A stretch of 64,000 bases of DNA from Sporopachydermia quercuum. Its lineage: Eukaryota. Location of the stretch: NCBI GenBank assembly GCA_001599295.1, contig BCGN01000003.1:496001-560000 (forward strand). The letters run 5' to 3'. The position numbers and the translations under genes are program-made. Under the pieces are notes generated by a model, which saw nothing but the letters and a program-made list of their open reading frames with translations, was not told the origin of the DNA and did not search any database. Within the stretch, counting starts at the first letter, position 1; each line of letters starts with the position of its first letter. This document shows positions 11,161-25,289 of this stretch, in pieces.

Positions 11161-14100
11161 ATGTCGAAGCTAAACGAAAAGGATTTGACCTTGTCAAAGG
11201 CCAATACTGACTCAGGCAGTAGCAGCACTAATGGCGATATCCCTGCTCATGCTTTGACTGTTGAAGAAACAGAAAAGGCTTTCAATACAAGTATTGAGCA
11301 CGGATTGACACAGACAGAAGCCGACAAACGACGAGAAATTTATGGTCCTAATAAGCTTGATACTGATGGTGGGATTTCCATCGTCCGAGTCATATTACAT
11401 CAAATTTGTAATGCCATGATACTGGTTCTTATTATTTCTATGTGTATTGCTTTTGGTATCCAGGACTGGATTTCTGGTGGAGTCATCGGGTTTGTTATNT
11501 TCCTTAATGTATTTGTTGGTGTTATTCAAGAATATAGCGCAGCAAAGACTATGGACTCTTTAAAGTCTTTATCATCTCCAAATGCTAGAGTGATTCGTGA
11601 TGGTAATGATGTTACTATCCCATCAGAATATGTTGTTCCTGGTGATATTGTTTTGGTTAAAGTTGGGGACACTATTCCTGCTGATTTTAGAGTTGTAGAT
11701 TGTATGAATTTTGAAACTGATGAAGCTTTATTAACCGGTGAGTCTTTACCTGTTAATAAACATCCTGATCATGTTTTTCCTGTTGATGTACCTGTTGGTG
11801 ATAGAATCAATTTGGGTTTCTCTTCTTCTATTGTTGTCAAAGGTAGAGCCACTGGTATTGTTTCAAACATCGGTATGACTACTGAAATCGGTATCATTGC
11901 GATGTCTTTGAAAGGTACTAAGAAGAAGTATCGAACTGTTGAAAGAAATGAGAACGGAAATGCTTCTATTGGTGCTTATCTGAAAGCCTGGGGTATGACT
12001 GTTATTGATATCATTGGTAATTTCCTTGGTTTGAATGTTGGTACTCCTTTACAACGACGTTTATCTAAACTTGCCATTGCTTTATTCTTTGTTGCAGTTT
12101 TATGGGCTATTGTTGTCATGGCTGCTCAAAAGTTTGTTGTCACGAAACAAGTTGGTATTTATGCTATCGCTGTTGCATTGGCCATGATTCCTTCATCATT
12201 GGTTGTTGTTTTGACCATTACTATGGCTGTTGGTGCTAAAGTTATGGTTACTCGTAATGTTGTTGTTCGTAAATTGGATTCCTTAGAAGCTCTTGGTGCT
12301 GTCAACGACATTTGCTCTGATAAAACCGGTACATTGACTCAAGGTAAGATGGTAGCTAGAAAAGTTTGGGTTCCAACTCTTGGTACGTACACTGTTTCTG
12401 ATACCAATGAGCCTTTTAATCCCACTAAAGGTTTAGTTGCTTTTCTTCCTGCTGATCCTGTTGATGAAGATGAAACTGATGCAGCTGAACAAAGTCCTCC
12501 TTTGCCTCATCCTGAGAGATTCCTTTCATGGATCAAATCTGCTACTCTTGCCAATATTGCTGTTGTGAAGAAAGATACCGATGAAGAAGGAGTTGAATTT
12601 TGGAGAGCTATTGGTGATCCCACTGAAATTGCTATCCAAGTGTTCGTCTCTCGTCTCGGTTTCCCTAGGTCTTCTCTAACAGAAGGACATCATCCTGCTT
12701 ATCACCATTTAGCTGAATATCCTTTTGATTCATCTGTAAAGCGAATGAGTGCTGTCTATAAGAGTAAAGATGAGAAAGAGGTTCATGTTTTCACGAAGGG
12801 TGCCGTAGAGAGAGTCCTAACCTGTTGTACCCATTGGTATGGAAATACTGATCCTAACTCTGGTCTTGATAGCAAGACCGAACTAACTCCTGATGATGTT
12901 GCTACTATTGAAACTAATATGAATGCTTTATCTAAGGAGGGTTTACGTGTATTAGCTTTTGCTACCAAACAGGTTGAAGATCCTGATAGTATTGACTGGA
13001 ATGAAATTGATCGTAAAGATGTTGAAACCAATTTGACTTTTCTTGGTTTAATTGGTATTTATGATCCTCCTAGAAAGGAATCGGCTGGTGCCGTTAAGAA
13101 GTGTCACAAGGCTGGTATCAATGTTCATATGTTGACTGGTGACCATCCTGGTACTGCTACGGCAATTGCTCAAGAGGTTGGAATCTTACCAAAGAATTTA
13201 TATCATTATACCAAGGAAGTTGTCGATGCTATGGTNATGACAGCTCCACAGTTTGATTCTCTTAGCGAAGAAGAAATTGATGCCTTACCTGTGTTACCGT
13301 TGGTAATTGCAAGATGTGCTCCCACCACTAAAGTAAGAATGATTGATGCTTTGCATCGAAGAAATGCATTCTCTGCTATGACTGGTGATGGTGTTAACGA
13401 TTCACCAAGTTTGAAGAGAGCTGATGTTGGTATTGCTATGGGTATTTCCGGTTCTGATGTTGCTAAGGATGCTTCGGATATTGTTTTATCTGATGATAAC
13501 TTTGCTTCTATTCTTAATGCCGTTGAAGAAGGTAGACGTATGTCTGATAATATCCAAAAGTTTGTTTTACATCTACTTTCCGGTAACGTTGGTCAAGCCA
13601 TTTTCTTATTATGTGGTTTGGCGTTCAAAGATGCTAATGATATGTCTGTTTTCCCTCTATCACCAGTTGAAGTTTTGTGGATTATTATGGTTACTTCTGC
13701 TTTCCCAGCTATGGGTCTTGGTTTAGAAGCTGCTAGCCCTGATACTATGGTCAAACCACCAAAGAGCGCAGAACAAGGTATTTTCACTTGGGAAGTCTTG
13801 ATTGATATGGCTGCTTGGGGTGTCTGGATGGCTATTTTATGTTTAGGCGCTTTCATTGTCGTTGTGTACGGTGCTGGTGGCGGTGAGTTGGGATTGGAAT
13901 GCAATGAAAGATACAGTGAATCTTGTAAATGGGTTTTCCGCGGCAGATCAACTGCCTTTGCGGTTATGACTTGGAGTTGTCTGTTACTGGCTTGGGAAGT
14001 CATCGATTCTAAGAGATCATTATTTATGATGCACCCTGAAACTGAGACTCCCTATACTCAATTTTTCAAGGATTTNTGGTCCAATCAATTTTTGTTCTGG

Positions 14101-14394
14101 TCTGTTATTGGTGGATTTATTACCGTCTTCCCTGTTATTTATATTCCAGTTATCAACAAGAAGGTCTTCCTTCACGGCCCTATTGGCTGGGAATGGGGCG
14201 TTGCTCTTGGATTTGGCATAGTTGGTTTCGTTGCTGGTGCAGAATTATACAAGACTTGCAAGAGAAGATATTACAGACATTTGGGTACGATTAAAGCTCA
14301 TAATCCAGAATACGATTTGGAAAGAAACACACCATTTGCAAAGTATGCCTCTTTCTCTAGAGCGCCTACAATGGAGCCTGCCCTCATGGCATAG
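11161..14394 (+). CDS. ENA1: P-type Na+/K+-exporting ATPase (type IID, ENA family)
   Basis: 1077 aa. TDEALLTGES, phosphorylation motif ICSDKTGTLTQGKM, GDPTEIA, KGAVE, DPPR, MLTGDH, MTGDGVNDSPS. MIPSSL and LSPVEVLW fit the ENA subtype. Confidence 0.95.
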   Translation: MSKLNEKDLTLSKANTDSGSSSTNGDIPAHALTVEETEKAFNTSIEHGLTQTEADKRREIYGPNKLDTDGGISIVRVILHQICNAMILVLIISMCIAFGIQDWISGGVIGFVXFLNVFVGVIQEYSAAKTMDSLKSLSSPNARVIRDGNDVTIPSEYVVPGDIVLVKVGDTIPADFRVVDCMNFETDEALLTGESLPVNKHPDHVFPVDVPVGDRINLGFSSSIVVKGRATGIVSNIGMTTEIGIIAMSLKGTKKKYRTVERNENGNASIGAYLKAWGMTVIDIIGNFLGLNVGTPLQRRLSKLAIALFFVAVLWAIVVMAAQKFVVTKQVGIYAIAVALAMIPSSLVVVLTITMAVGAKVMVTRNVVVRKLDSLEALGAVNDICSDKTGTLTQGKMVARKVWVPTLGTYTVSDTNEPFNPTKGLVAFLPADPVDEDETDAAEQSPPLPHPERFLSWIKSATLANIAVVKKDTDEEGVEFWRAIGDPTEIAIQVFVSRLGFPRSSLTEGHHPAYHHLAEYPFDSSVKRMSAVYKSKDEKEVHVFTKGAVERVLTCCTHWYGNTDPNSGLDSKTELTPDDVATIETNMNALSKEGLRVLAFATKQVEDPDSIDWNEIDRKDVETNLTFLGLIGIYDPPRKESAGAVKKCHKAGINVHMLTGDHPGTATAIAQEVGILPKNLYHYTKEVVDAMXMTAPQFDSLSEEEIDALPVLPLVIARCAPTTKVRMIDALHRRNAFSAMTGDGVNDSPSLKRADVGIAMGISGSDVAKDASDIVLSDDNFASILNAVEEGRRMSDNIQKFVLHLLSGNVGQAIFLLCGLAFKDANDMSVFPLSPVEVLWIIMVTSAFPAMGLGLEAASPDTMVKPPKSAEQGIFTWEVLIDMAAWGVWMAILCLGAFIVVVYGAGGGELGLECNERYSESCKWVFRGRSTAFAVMTWSCLLLAWEVIDSKRSLFMMHPETETPYTQFFKDXWSNQFLFWSVIGGFITVFPVIYIPVINKKVFLHGPIGWEWGVALGFGIVGFVAGAELYKTCKRRYYRHLGTIKAHNPEYDLERNTPFAKYASFSRAPTMEPALMA

Positions 14395-15584
14395 ATATTC
14401 TTTTTGGTTATTATGTTTTTATTGTAATAGGCACTATCATGTCCTATTTATTTATTTTTTTTCTTGATATTTTGATTGATACATTTTCCTTATGGATCTA
14501 TTACTGGTACAGGATATGGATTGGAAGACGAAGAGTGGGGAAAAGGAGGAATGAGAAGAAGTTGATGGTTGAGTTGAGATGGGTGTTTTTATGGAAGAAT
14601 AGAAATATGTACAACATTGACTATATGTGAATGGGAAATGGTATACCATGACTAAATGTCATATCAGCTATATGGTATTTCAGTATGTGTGTTCAAATGA
14701 AAACTATTTATTCTTTCTAACCATCATTATCTATTTGGCTGTTTGGTGGTTTATTATGTGGGGAATTCACAGGGTAGCGGTTATCAAGACCTAGATTTGT
14801 TAAACAAATAGAAAAGACGTTCCAAGTAAAACTGGAGTTGTTTCATATAATACTAATAATATATAATACGAATATTTAATAATAAATTAATGCAACATAA
14901 CACATATCTTTAATGCTTACGTGATGTGAGAAAAACAAGTGAGTAGGTAAGTGGTTAATCAGTTCCTGTAAAGAGGTATTAACCATGCATTAAGAGTTGA
15001 ACCAAATATTACACTTGTGGGTGATATTATTCTATATAATGATAGTGGAACAATTTCAATGACGCTTTAAAAGCGCTTTACTATTGATTAGTAGTTCTAT
15101 TTTCAACCTTTCTTCNTAATAACTTTTCTCATATAAAAGTAAAAATTTTACTATCATGATTATTGCGTTATTCTATCGACAATAGTTGATGCAAAATGCT
15201 ACACACTGTATGCTCATTTTATGCAGTCAGTAAGATCACTAACATTTCTCTCGACTCTCAATTCAATAATTTACTTATCCTCGGTATAGTCATTTTTCCA
15301 CTTCATTCTTATAAGATGACTTAAACTACTACCAGTGTATATTAAACTCTTAACCAAAAGAACCATATACAAATATCTTACTCCATATTCCTAATCGTTC
15401 CTGTTCTACCAAAACATATCAACATCTATCTATCCTATTGAAGCTATTGAAGACAACAACGCATCTCAATTAGGAAATAATCAAGCAAGACTCCGAATAA
15501 CACAATTTGTTGTCCCACATCAAATGCCTGCTTGTACTCTGATACCTCAAAATTCTGTAGAAAGACAAATGATTTTTTTTTTGC

Positions 15585-15655
15585 TGAGTAAATGAGTCAT
15601 TTCTTTGTAGAAAAGGGGAAAGATGTAGGAGAATGGTCGATTATTCTCTTAGTAA
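15585..15655. promoter_or_regulatory. AP-1/Yap1/Gcn4-like and STRE motifs upstream of the aldo-keto reductase
   Basis: TGAGTAA 15585-15591, ATGAGTCAT 15592-15600, AGGGG 15614-15618, TTAGTAA 15649-15655. Confidence 0.45.
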
Positions 15656-16025
15656 TTATTTATTTATTCAAATCGATGAACTCTCGGCCTATTATTCATT
15701 GCCTAGAGAGCTCGTAAATTTCTTTGCAGGTGCATTGTAAAAAACCCTGATCGACTGATGGAGGGAGTACAAAATATATGAGGCCATGTTCATTGAGTTC
15801 AATCGTTTCTAGACTATTTAATTGTTTGCCGATATTTCAGGAAACTTGCTAAAGGTAATAAAACTGGATGTTTTCCTCACTTTCTGTCAATTCTGTTATT
15901 AATGTACTATACTTGCCAGTACTCATCTAGTTTGAATATATCAAAAGTAATTGGAATCTGATACCCTGTTTCTATTGAGAGTGATATTATTTTATGCCAA
16001 TTAACGTGTAATCTAGCTAATCAAT

Positions 16026-16988
16026 ATGACAGATCAGCTATTTGAATTGAATGATGGGAGAAAAATCCCGGCTGTGGGGTTTGGTACCTGGACTACAATA
16101 AATAGAGAAGAGATAAAACAGGCATTGAAGTGGGCTATTGTTGATAGCTCATATCGTCATATTGATACTGCTACTATTTATGGAGTAGAAGAAACCATAG
16201 GTGAAGTTTTACAGGAAATTTATGAGGAGACCAATATTGAAAGAAAAGATCTTTGGATTACTACTAAGGTATGGCCAACAATGTTGGATTCTGTTGAAAA
16301 AAGCATTGACAAGACATGTAAAGATCTGAGAACTGATTATGTTGATCTGGTTTTGATCCATTGGCCTGTTCCTTTGAAGAATATCGATGGAAATGGATTT
16401 CCTACATGGCCCGTGAATGAGAGAACTGGCCATGTAATAAGAAATGATGAGTTGTCACTTGATGATGTGTGGAAAAGTTTCGTTAAAGTAAGAGAAACTG
16501 GGAAAGCAAAATCAATTGGTGTATCGAACATGTCAATACCAAAGCTTGAAGACTTATTGGGTAAAACTGATATAATTCCAGCAATCAATCAAGTTGAAAC
16601 TCATCCTTATCTACCAGAAAGCAAATTGATAGATTATTGTAAAAGCAAAGGTATTGTGGTTACAGCTTACAGTCCCTTTGGGGGAGAAGGAGCTCCCATG
16701 TTGAAAGATGAGTTGGTTTTATCATTGGCCAGAAAGTACAAGTGTTCTCCAGCTGCTGTACTTATTAGCTATCAATACTCAAGAGGTGTAGTTTCTATAC
16801 CTAAGTCCTTCAAGAAAGAAAGGATTGCTGATAATATTGTCAGAGTTGTTTTGCAAGAAGAGGATGTCCAGACATTAACTGACCTGAGTAAGACGAAGCA
16901 GAAGCGCTTTGGCGGATTTGGTCAATGGGGAGTTCGCCTTGGCTTCCCAGACTGGGATATTCCAACTGGAGGTCTATTTGATGAATAA
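16026..16988 (+). CDS. Aldo-keto reductase (Gcy1/Ypr1-like)
   Basis: IPAVGFGTW, HIDTATIYG (catalytic D and Y), TTKVW (K), DLVLIHWP (H), SIGVSN, NQVETHPY, AYSPFG, IPKS. Confidence 0.93.
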   Translation: MTDQLFELNDGRKIPAVGFGTWTTINREEIKQALKWAIVDSSYRHIDTATIYGVEETIGEVLQEIYEETNIERKDLWITTKVWPTMLDSVEKSIDKTCKDLRTDYVDLVLIHWPVPLKNIDGNGFPTWPVNERTGHVIRNDELSLDDVWKSFVKVRETGKAKSIGVSNMSIPKLEDLLGKTDIIPAINQVETHPYLPESKLIDYCKSKGIVVTAYSPFGGEGAPMLKDELVLSLARKYKCSPAAVLISYQYSRGVVSIPKSFKKERIADNIVRVVLQEEDVQTLTDLSKTKQKRFGGFGQWGVRLGFPDWDIPTGGLFDE

Positions 16989-17924
16989 GTGGGATAGACA
17001 GATATAATTCGGCGCAATAGAGATTGCAGTAACATTAAATCAGTATATCCAGATAAGACTAATTAAACTACATTTTTCTTTATATCCTTATGGAATGTTA
17101 TCGATCGGCAAGTTGTCATTATCCAATATTTCCCATATCTCCAGTAAATTAAGGTCAACATTTAAGCTTACATACTGTATGGATATGTATTAGACTTAAA
17201 CGTTAATGTTATGTGACCCTTCCATAACCCTTACGCAATGATCATATCCTATTTAATAAAACAGTAACGTAAATAGCCAATTCATCTATTCTAGCTGCCA
17301 AAAAAATTTAAGCCGCATGGGTTTACCATTTTTCCAATACTTCTAACCTTTAAAGTACTATTCAATAGTTTAACGCTGCTATATAATTCGGTATACTTAT
17401 CAATTTTCCCACTCTCTTCCTCTAATAAAACTGCATTCATTTTCTTTCCTATTTAGGATATTATTCCTACAATTTTTGTGTGTATTCTAACTCAATTGCT
17501 GCCTAAATGAAACTTAATTTTATTTATCAGATTTACTTTTAAGACCTTAAAGAGAAAACTCTCAAAAAATCAAGGTAGTTATTTATCTATTGTAAGAAAC
17601 NTCCTAGGAAACAGTTGGTATATAAATCTATATATACTTTCAAGCGAAAGATAGCATTTTATTGTTGTTCAAAATACTAGGAAGATTGCATGCATGTTGA
17701 ATCTACTAGTAGTTGTTTGATAGAGACTGCTATGATAGATTGCCGGAGTAAGTAGTTAATCTTTAATCAGATAGGATAATAATTGGGTAAACAGAGCGCC
17801 CAGTAATGGCGGACNTGGTAGAGAAACTGGTATAAAGCTGAATATTTGAATGAAAACCTATTTGAACTGCATTAGTATAGAAAAGAATCACCTTCTTTAA
17901 TAGGTTATTGAAAAGAAATTTAAA

Positions 17925-18884
17925 ATGCCGGTACTTGCTACAGAAATTGACGAGGAAGCAGTTGCTTTTTCCAAAACGTTGAATCATATTCCTTACTGTG
18001 GGGAATACGATAAAATGATCTCGGGAATGCTGTAAGTAAAATGATGATGATGATAAATTAAATGGCAAATAAAGTGTGTTCTGAAGGTATTTGTTGATAT
18101 TTTGTTAGTATTTGTTAGCTAGAAACGTTATACTGTAATATACTACTTACATCTTGTACAATATCCGTTCTTCGTGTTCTTATTCTCACTTATAATGTCT
18201 CCTATTACTAACAACTATAGCTATGATCCCATGACACATATTCTCATTGAAAAAAGATATAAAACTCAAAAGTTATGTCACGAATATAACAACATATTTT
18301 TTGAAGGATCTGTGGAAGAAATTCACGCATTGCGACTAGAGAAACTGAAAGAGATACTTGGACATATTGGTGAGAATCCTATGTGTGAACCACCTTTAAG
18401 NTTTGATTTTGGTTGTAACATCTCTGTTGGTAGTAACTTTTTCTCTAATTTCGGGTAAGATCTATTCACAATTCAATGGCAAATGATGAATACTGGTCAT
18501 CATATTACTAACCCTGTGACCTGTTTTTTATAAAAGTATACTAACAATACAATGTATTACAGGTTCACTGTCCTTGATTCAGCATTAGTTAGAATTGGCA
18601 ATAATGTATTTATAGCTACGAATGTTTCACTTATAACTGCAGGACATACAGTTGAGATCCAGGAAAGGAGAGATAATATCGAATATGGAATCGGGATTGA
18701 GATTGGTGATGATTGTTGGATTGGAGCCAATGTAGTTGTTTTGCCAGGAGTAAAGATTGGTAAAGGATGTACTATAGGTGCTGGCGCTGTTGTGAATAGA
18801 GATATTCCACCATTCAGTATCGCTGTTGGAGTTCCAGCAAAAGTTGTTAGAAAAGTAAAAAACCCTGATGCGAATGATCAATGA
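17925..18884 (+). CDS. Maltose/galactoside O-acetyltransferase (hexapeptide-repeat family), 3 exons
   Basis: Exons 17925-18031, 18221-18454 and 18563-18884. Introns GTAAGT..TACTAAC..TAG and GTAAGA..TACTAAC..CAG. The spliced frame reads ...YDKMISGML/YDP...EPP..DFGCNI.VG.NFFSNFG/FTVLD...IGDDCWIGANVVVLPGVKIGKGCTIGAGAVV.RDIPP..IAVGVPAKV. Confidence 0.9.
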
Positions 18885-19011
18885 TAACTATTTATGAACA
18901 GAGAAGAGAGAGAGAATGAGTAGAGACTCTTCAATTGGAATATGTACTATATTATGACCGAATTGCTATCTATACATTTTCTTTGTTTCTTTGGCCTCTT
19001 AATTACTAGTC

Positions 19012-19149
<138 letters not shown>

Positions 19150-19300
19150 ATCTTCCTTTTTTCTTTTTTTATGATGATGAGTGTTTTATAATCTACTACG
19201 ATATTAGCGTAAATATATATTAATTACATTGAGTTGAATGTACATAACTTCAATAGTAAAGGGTGATAATTGTTTCTATCGTTAACAGTTTTCATTTAAA

Positions 19301-21298
19301 CTAGTTGGGATGTCCTTTCTTTGCTATTCTTATTGCTTCTTCTTCAAACCCGGAGATTTGTATATAATTGATACCTCGAGATTCCAGTTGACTTCTACCA
19401 CTGTTCCTAGCTACAAAATCATCTGGTTCAACAACCCCAACAAACACAGTTTTGAAACCAGCTGCTTTCAGTATTCTGGAAACACAAGGCTCGTTTCCAC
19501 TCAATCTTTTTGAACAAGGTTCCATGGTAGTGTATATAACACTTCCTTCAGGTACCGTATCACTTGCAGTGCTTTGAAAATACTTTTCTAGAGCACATTG
19601 TTCAGCATGAGTATTCCCCGGTATTTCTCTTGAATAACCGCTTGAAAGAACCATACCATCATGAACAATTACAGCTCCAACAGAAAATGCAGTAGTAGTT
19701 TCTTCACAGTTTCTAGCTTGATCTAAAGCCAATTCCATAAACTTGATATGTTCCTCTCCAGCCCATTCCGGCAAATCGGTTTCATATTTCCAGTAATCCT
19801 TCGCATCACGATCAGCCGATGAATAACTATAAGCATGAAGCCAAAGATTCAAATCAGTAATACCAGGATCAGTGTAAAGATCAGTATTACAAACTTCACA
19901 TTTTTCCCCAGATAAAACCTCACCCCAATGTGAATTTAACAGTGGATAATTTAAGCTGTCTATCCCTTTTTCTTTTGCCCAAGAAGTAAATACTCTTGTT
20001 TTACCGAATTCGTTCAATCTTTCAGCTATGCTCGAATCAGCACCAACGAGACCTTTTCCTAAATCCTTTCCCCAAACATATTCATTGGAATATATTGGGT
20101 CGTTTGCGATTGGATGACCAATAAACTGGAGATGAACTCTAATTTGATGTGTACGTCCAGTGAAAGGAACACATTTAACTAAACTTGTATCTGTCTCCGG
20201 ATCGTAGCTTATCTTATTAAAAATTGTTTTAGATTCCTTACCTCCTTTATTCAAAGGTACAATAGAGTTTAGTCCCAGCTTAGGGGAAATTGTAGCTAAT
20301 GGTTCTAGTATAGTAATACCATTATCAGAAGGGAAGTTTCCTTTCACGCGAGCAATATATTCTTTATGCACAGTTCTATCTCTTATTTGTTTCGCCATTT
20401 CATCTGCACCTTTTGCTGTTTTGGCCAAAAACATTAGACCCGATGTCATTCTATCCAGACGAGTTGTTGGGTGGGCAACTATACCATATTCATACTTCAA
20501 AATATTCACAACAGTATTAAACCTGTACCTTCCAGTAGGATGTGCAGGGAGTCCGGATGGCTTATCAATGACTAATATATCATTATCTTCGTATACAATT
20601 TTGATAGGTCTTGATGTGACAGGAGGTTCATGACGGTGGATTCGATGAGATATCAGATCACCATTGCGAATAATAGTGTCTAGCTCAGCAGGTTTTTTAT
20701 TAATGGTCACCTGACCGGTTTGTATAGCTTTTCGATAGTACTCCTCACTTTGATCTCTAAACTCTGATAAAAAAACATCAATCAGTGTTCTATCTCTCCA
20801 TCTTTCTTTGCAATTTGTTAAATATGTAAAATAATATGGAGGAACTTTCCTCAGGATACCATCAATAATATAATTAGCACCTTCAGTTTCCTCTTCCGCA
20901 ATGGTTAAAGAGTTATCAACATTGGAAGCACCAACTTGCTCGCTAGCAGTCAATGATCTTGCATCTTGTTGTGGCTGGCGGATTCTGAAGCCGGTTTTTG
21001 GATCTCTATTCCTATGTATCTTCTTCCTCTTCCTCTTCTGTTTCTTTTCTGCGTTGACCGTATCCTGGTAGAGATCAGAAGCAGCTTCCACAATACTAGT
21101 GATGTCAGGATCTAAGGCATGATTATTAGATTCAGTCTCACCAATGCTGGTGATTTTAGAATNTAAGATACTAATATCTTTCTCCATTCTTCTCGATCCT
21201 AAGTGAAATTCACGCCTTTGAAGTACTAAATTTACAGTCTGAAGAGAAGAAATAGGTCGCCGAGATATACTAAGAAGCCTCGATATAATGTTCTTCAT
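19301..21298 (-). CDS. RIB2: Bifunctional tRNA pseudouridine(32) synthase / DRAP deaminase
   Basis: S4-like region, RluA motifs (IDKPSGLPAHPTGRY, RLDRMTSG, TGRTHQIRVHLQ..GHPIAND), and a C-terminal deaminase (HAEQCAL, TMEPCSKRLSG.EPC). Confidence 0.93.
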   Translation of the reverse strand: MKNIISRLLSISRRPISSLQTVNLVLQRREFHLGSRRMEKDISILXSKITSIGETESNNHALDPDITSIVEAASDLYQDTVNAEKKQKRKRKKIHRNRDPKTGFRIRQPQQDARSLTASEQVGASNVDNSLTIAEEETEGANYIIDGILRKVPPYYFTYLTNCKERWRDRTLIDVFLSEFRDQSEEYYRKAIQTGQVTINKKPAELDTIIRNGDLISHRIHRHEPPVTSRPIKIVYEDNDILVIDKPSGLPAHPTGRYRFNTVVNILKYEYGIVAHPTTRLDRMTSGLMFLAKTAKGADEMAKQIRDRTVHKEYIARVKGNFPSDNGITILEPLATISPKLGLNSIVPLNKGGKESKTIFNKISYDPETDTSLVKCVPFTGRTHQIRVHLQFIGHPIANDPIYSNEYVWGKDLGKGLVGADSSIAERLNEFGKTRVFTSWAKEKGIDSLNYPLLNSHWGEVLSGEKCEVCNTDLYTDPGITDLNLWLHAYSYSSADRDAKDYWKYETDLPEWAGEEHIKFMELALDQARNCEETTTAFSVGAVIVHDGMVLSSGYSREIPGNTHAEQCALEKYFQSTASDTVPEGSVIYTTMEPCSKRLSGNEPCVSRILKAAGFKTVFVGVVEPDDFVARNSGRSQLESRGINYIQISGFEEEAIRIAKKGHPN

Positions 21299-22235
21299 AT
21301 GGTTGTAGGTTGCAGGATGGTTGGTTCCAGGCGTGAAATTAGGTCAGAAGTTTCAACATAGCTAGATACTGAAGCTGATATACTAGTGTGTTGTCCAACT
21401 AACATAAGTTTAATTGTTCTGAAAGTGTTGATAATATCAACGAACCTTTATTGAATACTGTCCGTTTTCTATGTTTGATTGAAATAATTAATTGAACTTC
21501 AAATAAAACTTTGTTCGATATAATCACGTGTTAGTTAGTGTAAAGACTTTCTCCCACCTCTTTCTTCTTTTCTGAAAAACGGAGATGATTATGTGATAAC
21601 GGCAAAACGGCAATAGAAAGATATGATATGATGGTGATACGAACTATACCTATGCTGGTTCATGTATGATGAGTTATAGATCAAGATCATCAGTATATAA
21701 CCAGTTTAGTGAGGAAGAACATTAAGTCAATAATATATGCTTCAAAGATTAAAACATTAAAGAGATTACTAAAAAAGAGTCTTTTTTCAGTAAAGAACAT
21801 ATGCCTGTCAATCATAGCATTCAGACTGAAAACCTACCCCTGTTCATCACGTGCCGTTAGCAATACAGTTTTCTGATTAGATCATCATATAATTTTATCT
21901 CATACATAACCTTAGACCCTAGGTGTACAAAACGAACAATTTGTGGTTAAAGTACTACAGGGAAATTTGCCGCTCACCTCTACGTTAGTTATCCTTTCCC
22001 ATTCAATTGCTGATCTGATTGAGTCGCCATCCATCGAAACTAAAAGAACAAATCAAGGAGAAGAAATAGAACATATAAAAGCAGAATAAACAGCAAGCTT
22101 TAAAGATTTTGTTTGTTTGCTCTAGAATTTCTTTTTTTTCTTACAAAGATATCATCTTTTATTTTGGTTGTTTTTATCGGTTGTTAAAGTGACTGCCACT
22201 AGTATAATTGATTGTGTATTTGGTTGACATACATT

Positions 22236-25083
<2,848 letters not shown>

Positions 25084-25289
25084 TTATAGTATTAGCTTCC
25101 TAAAATTGAGTTTTCTTCTAGTTTGTATTAGACTATCGTAAGAATTAATTAATAAGTATTATACTATGTTATATTGTACTATGTCGCTTTATATTACATG
25201 TACCTCGTTTACATAACATCTATGTATGCACATACGATCGATCGTACATACTAAATACCTCATCCTCAGAAAAAAAAATTATTGCTATT

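Noticed and set aside
21524..21975. TCACGTG x2 and TTTGCCGCT (Rpn4-like) in the RIB2/CDC48 divergent promoter
   Set aside because: Plausible, but too short and imperfect to assign without conservation data.
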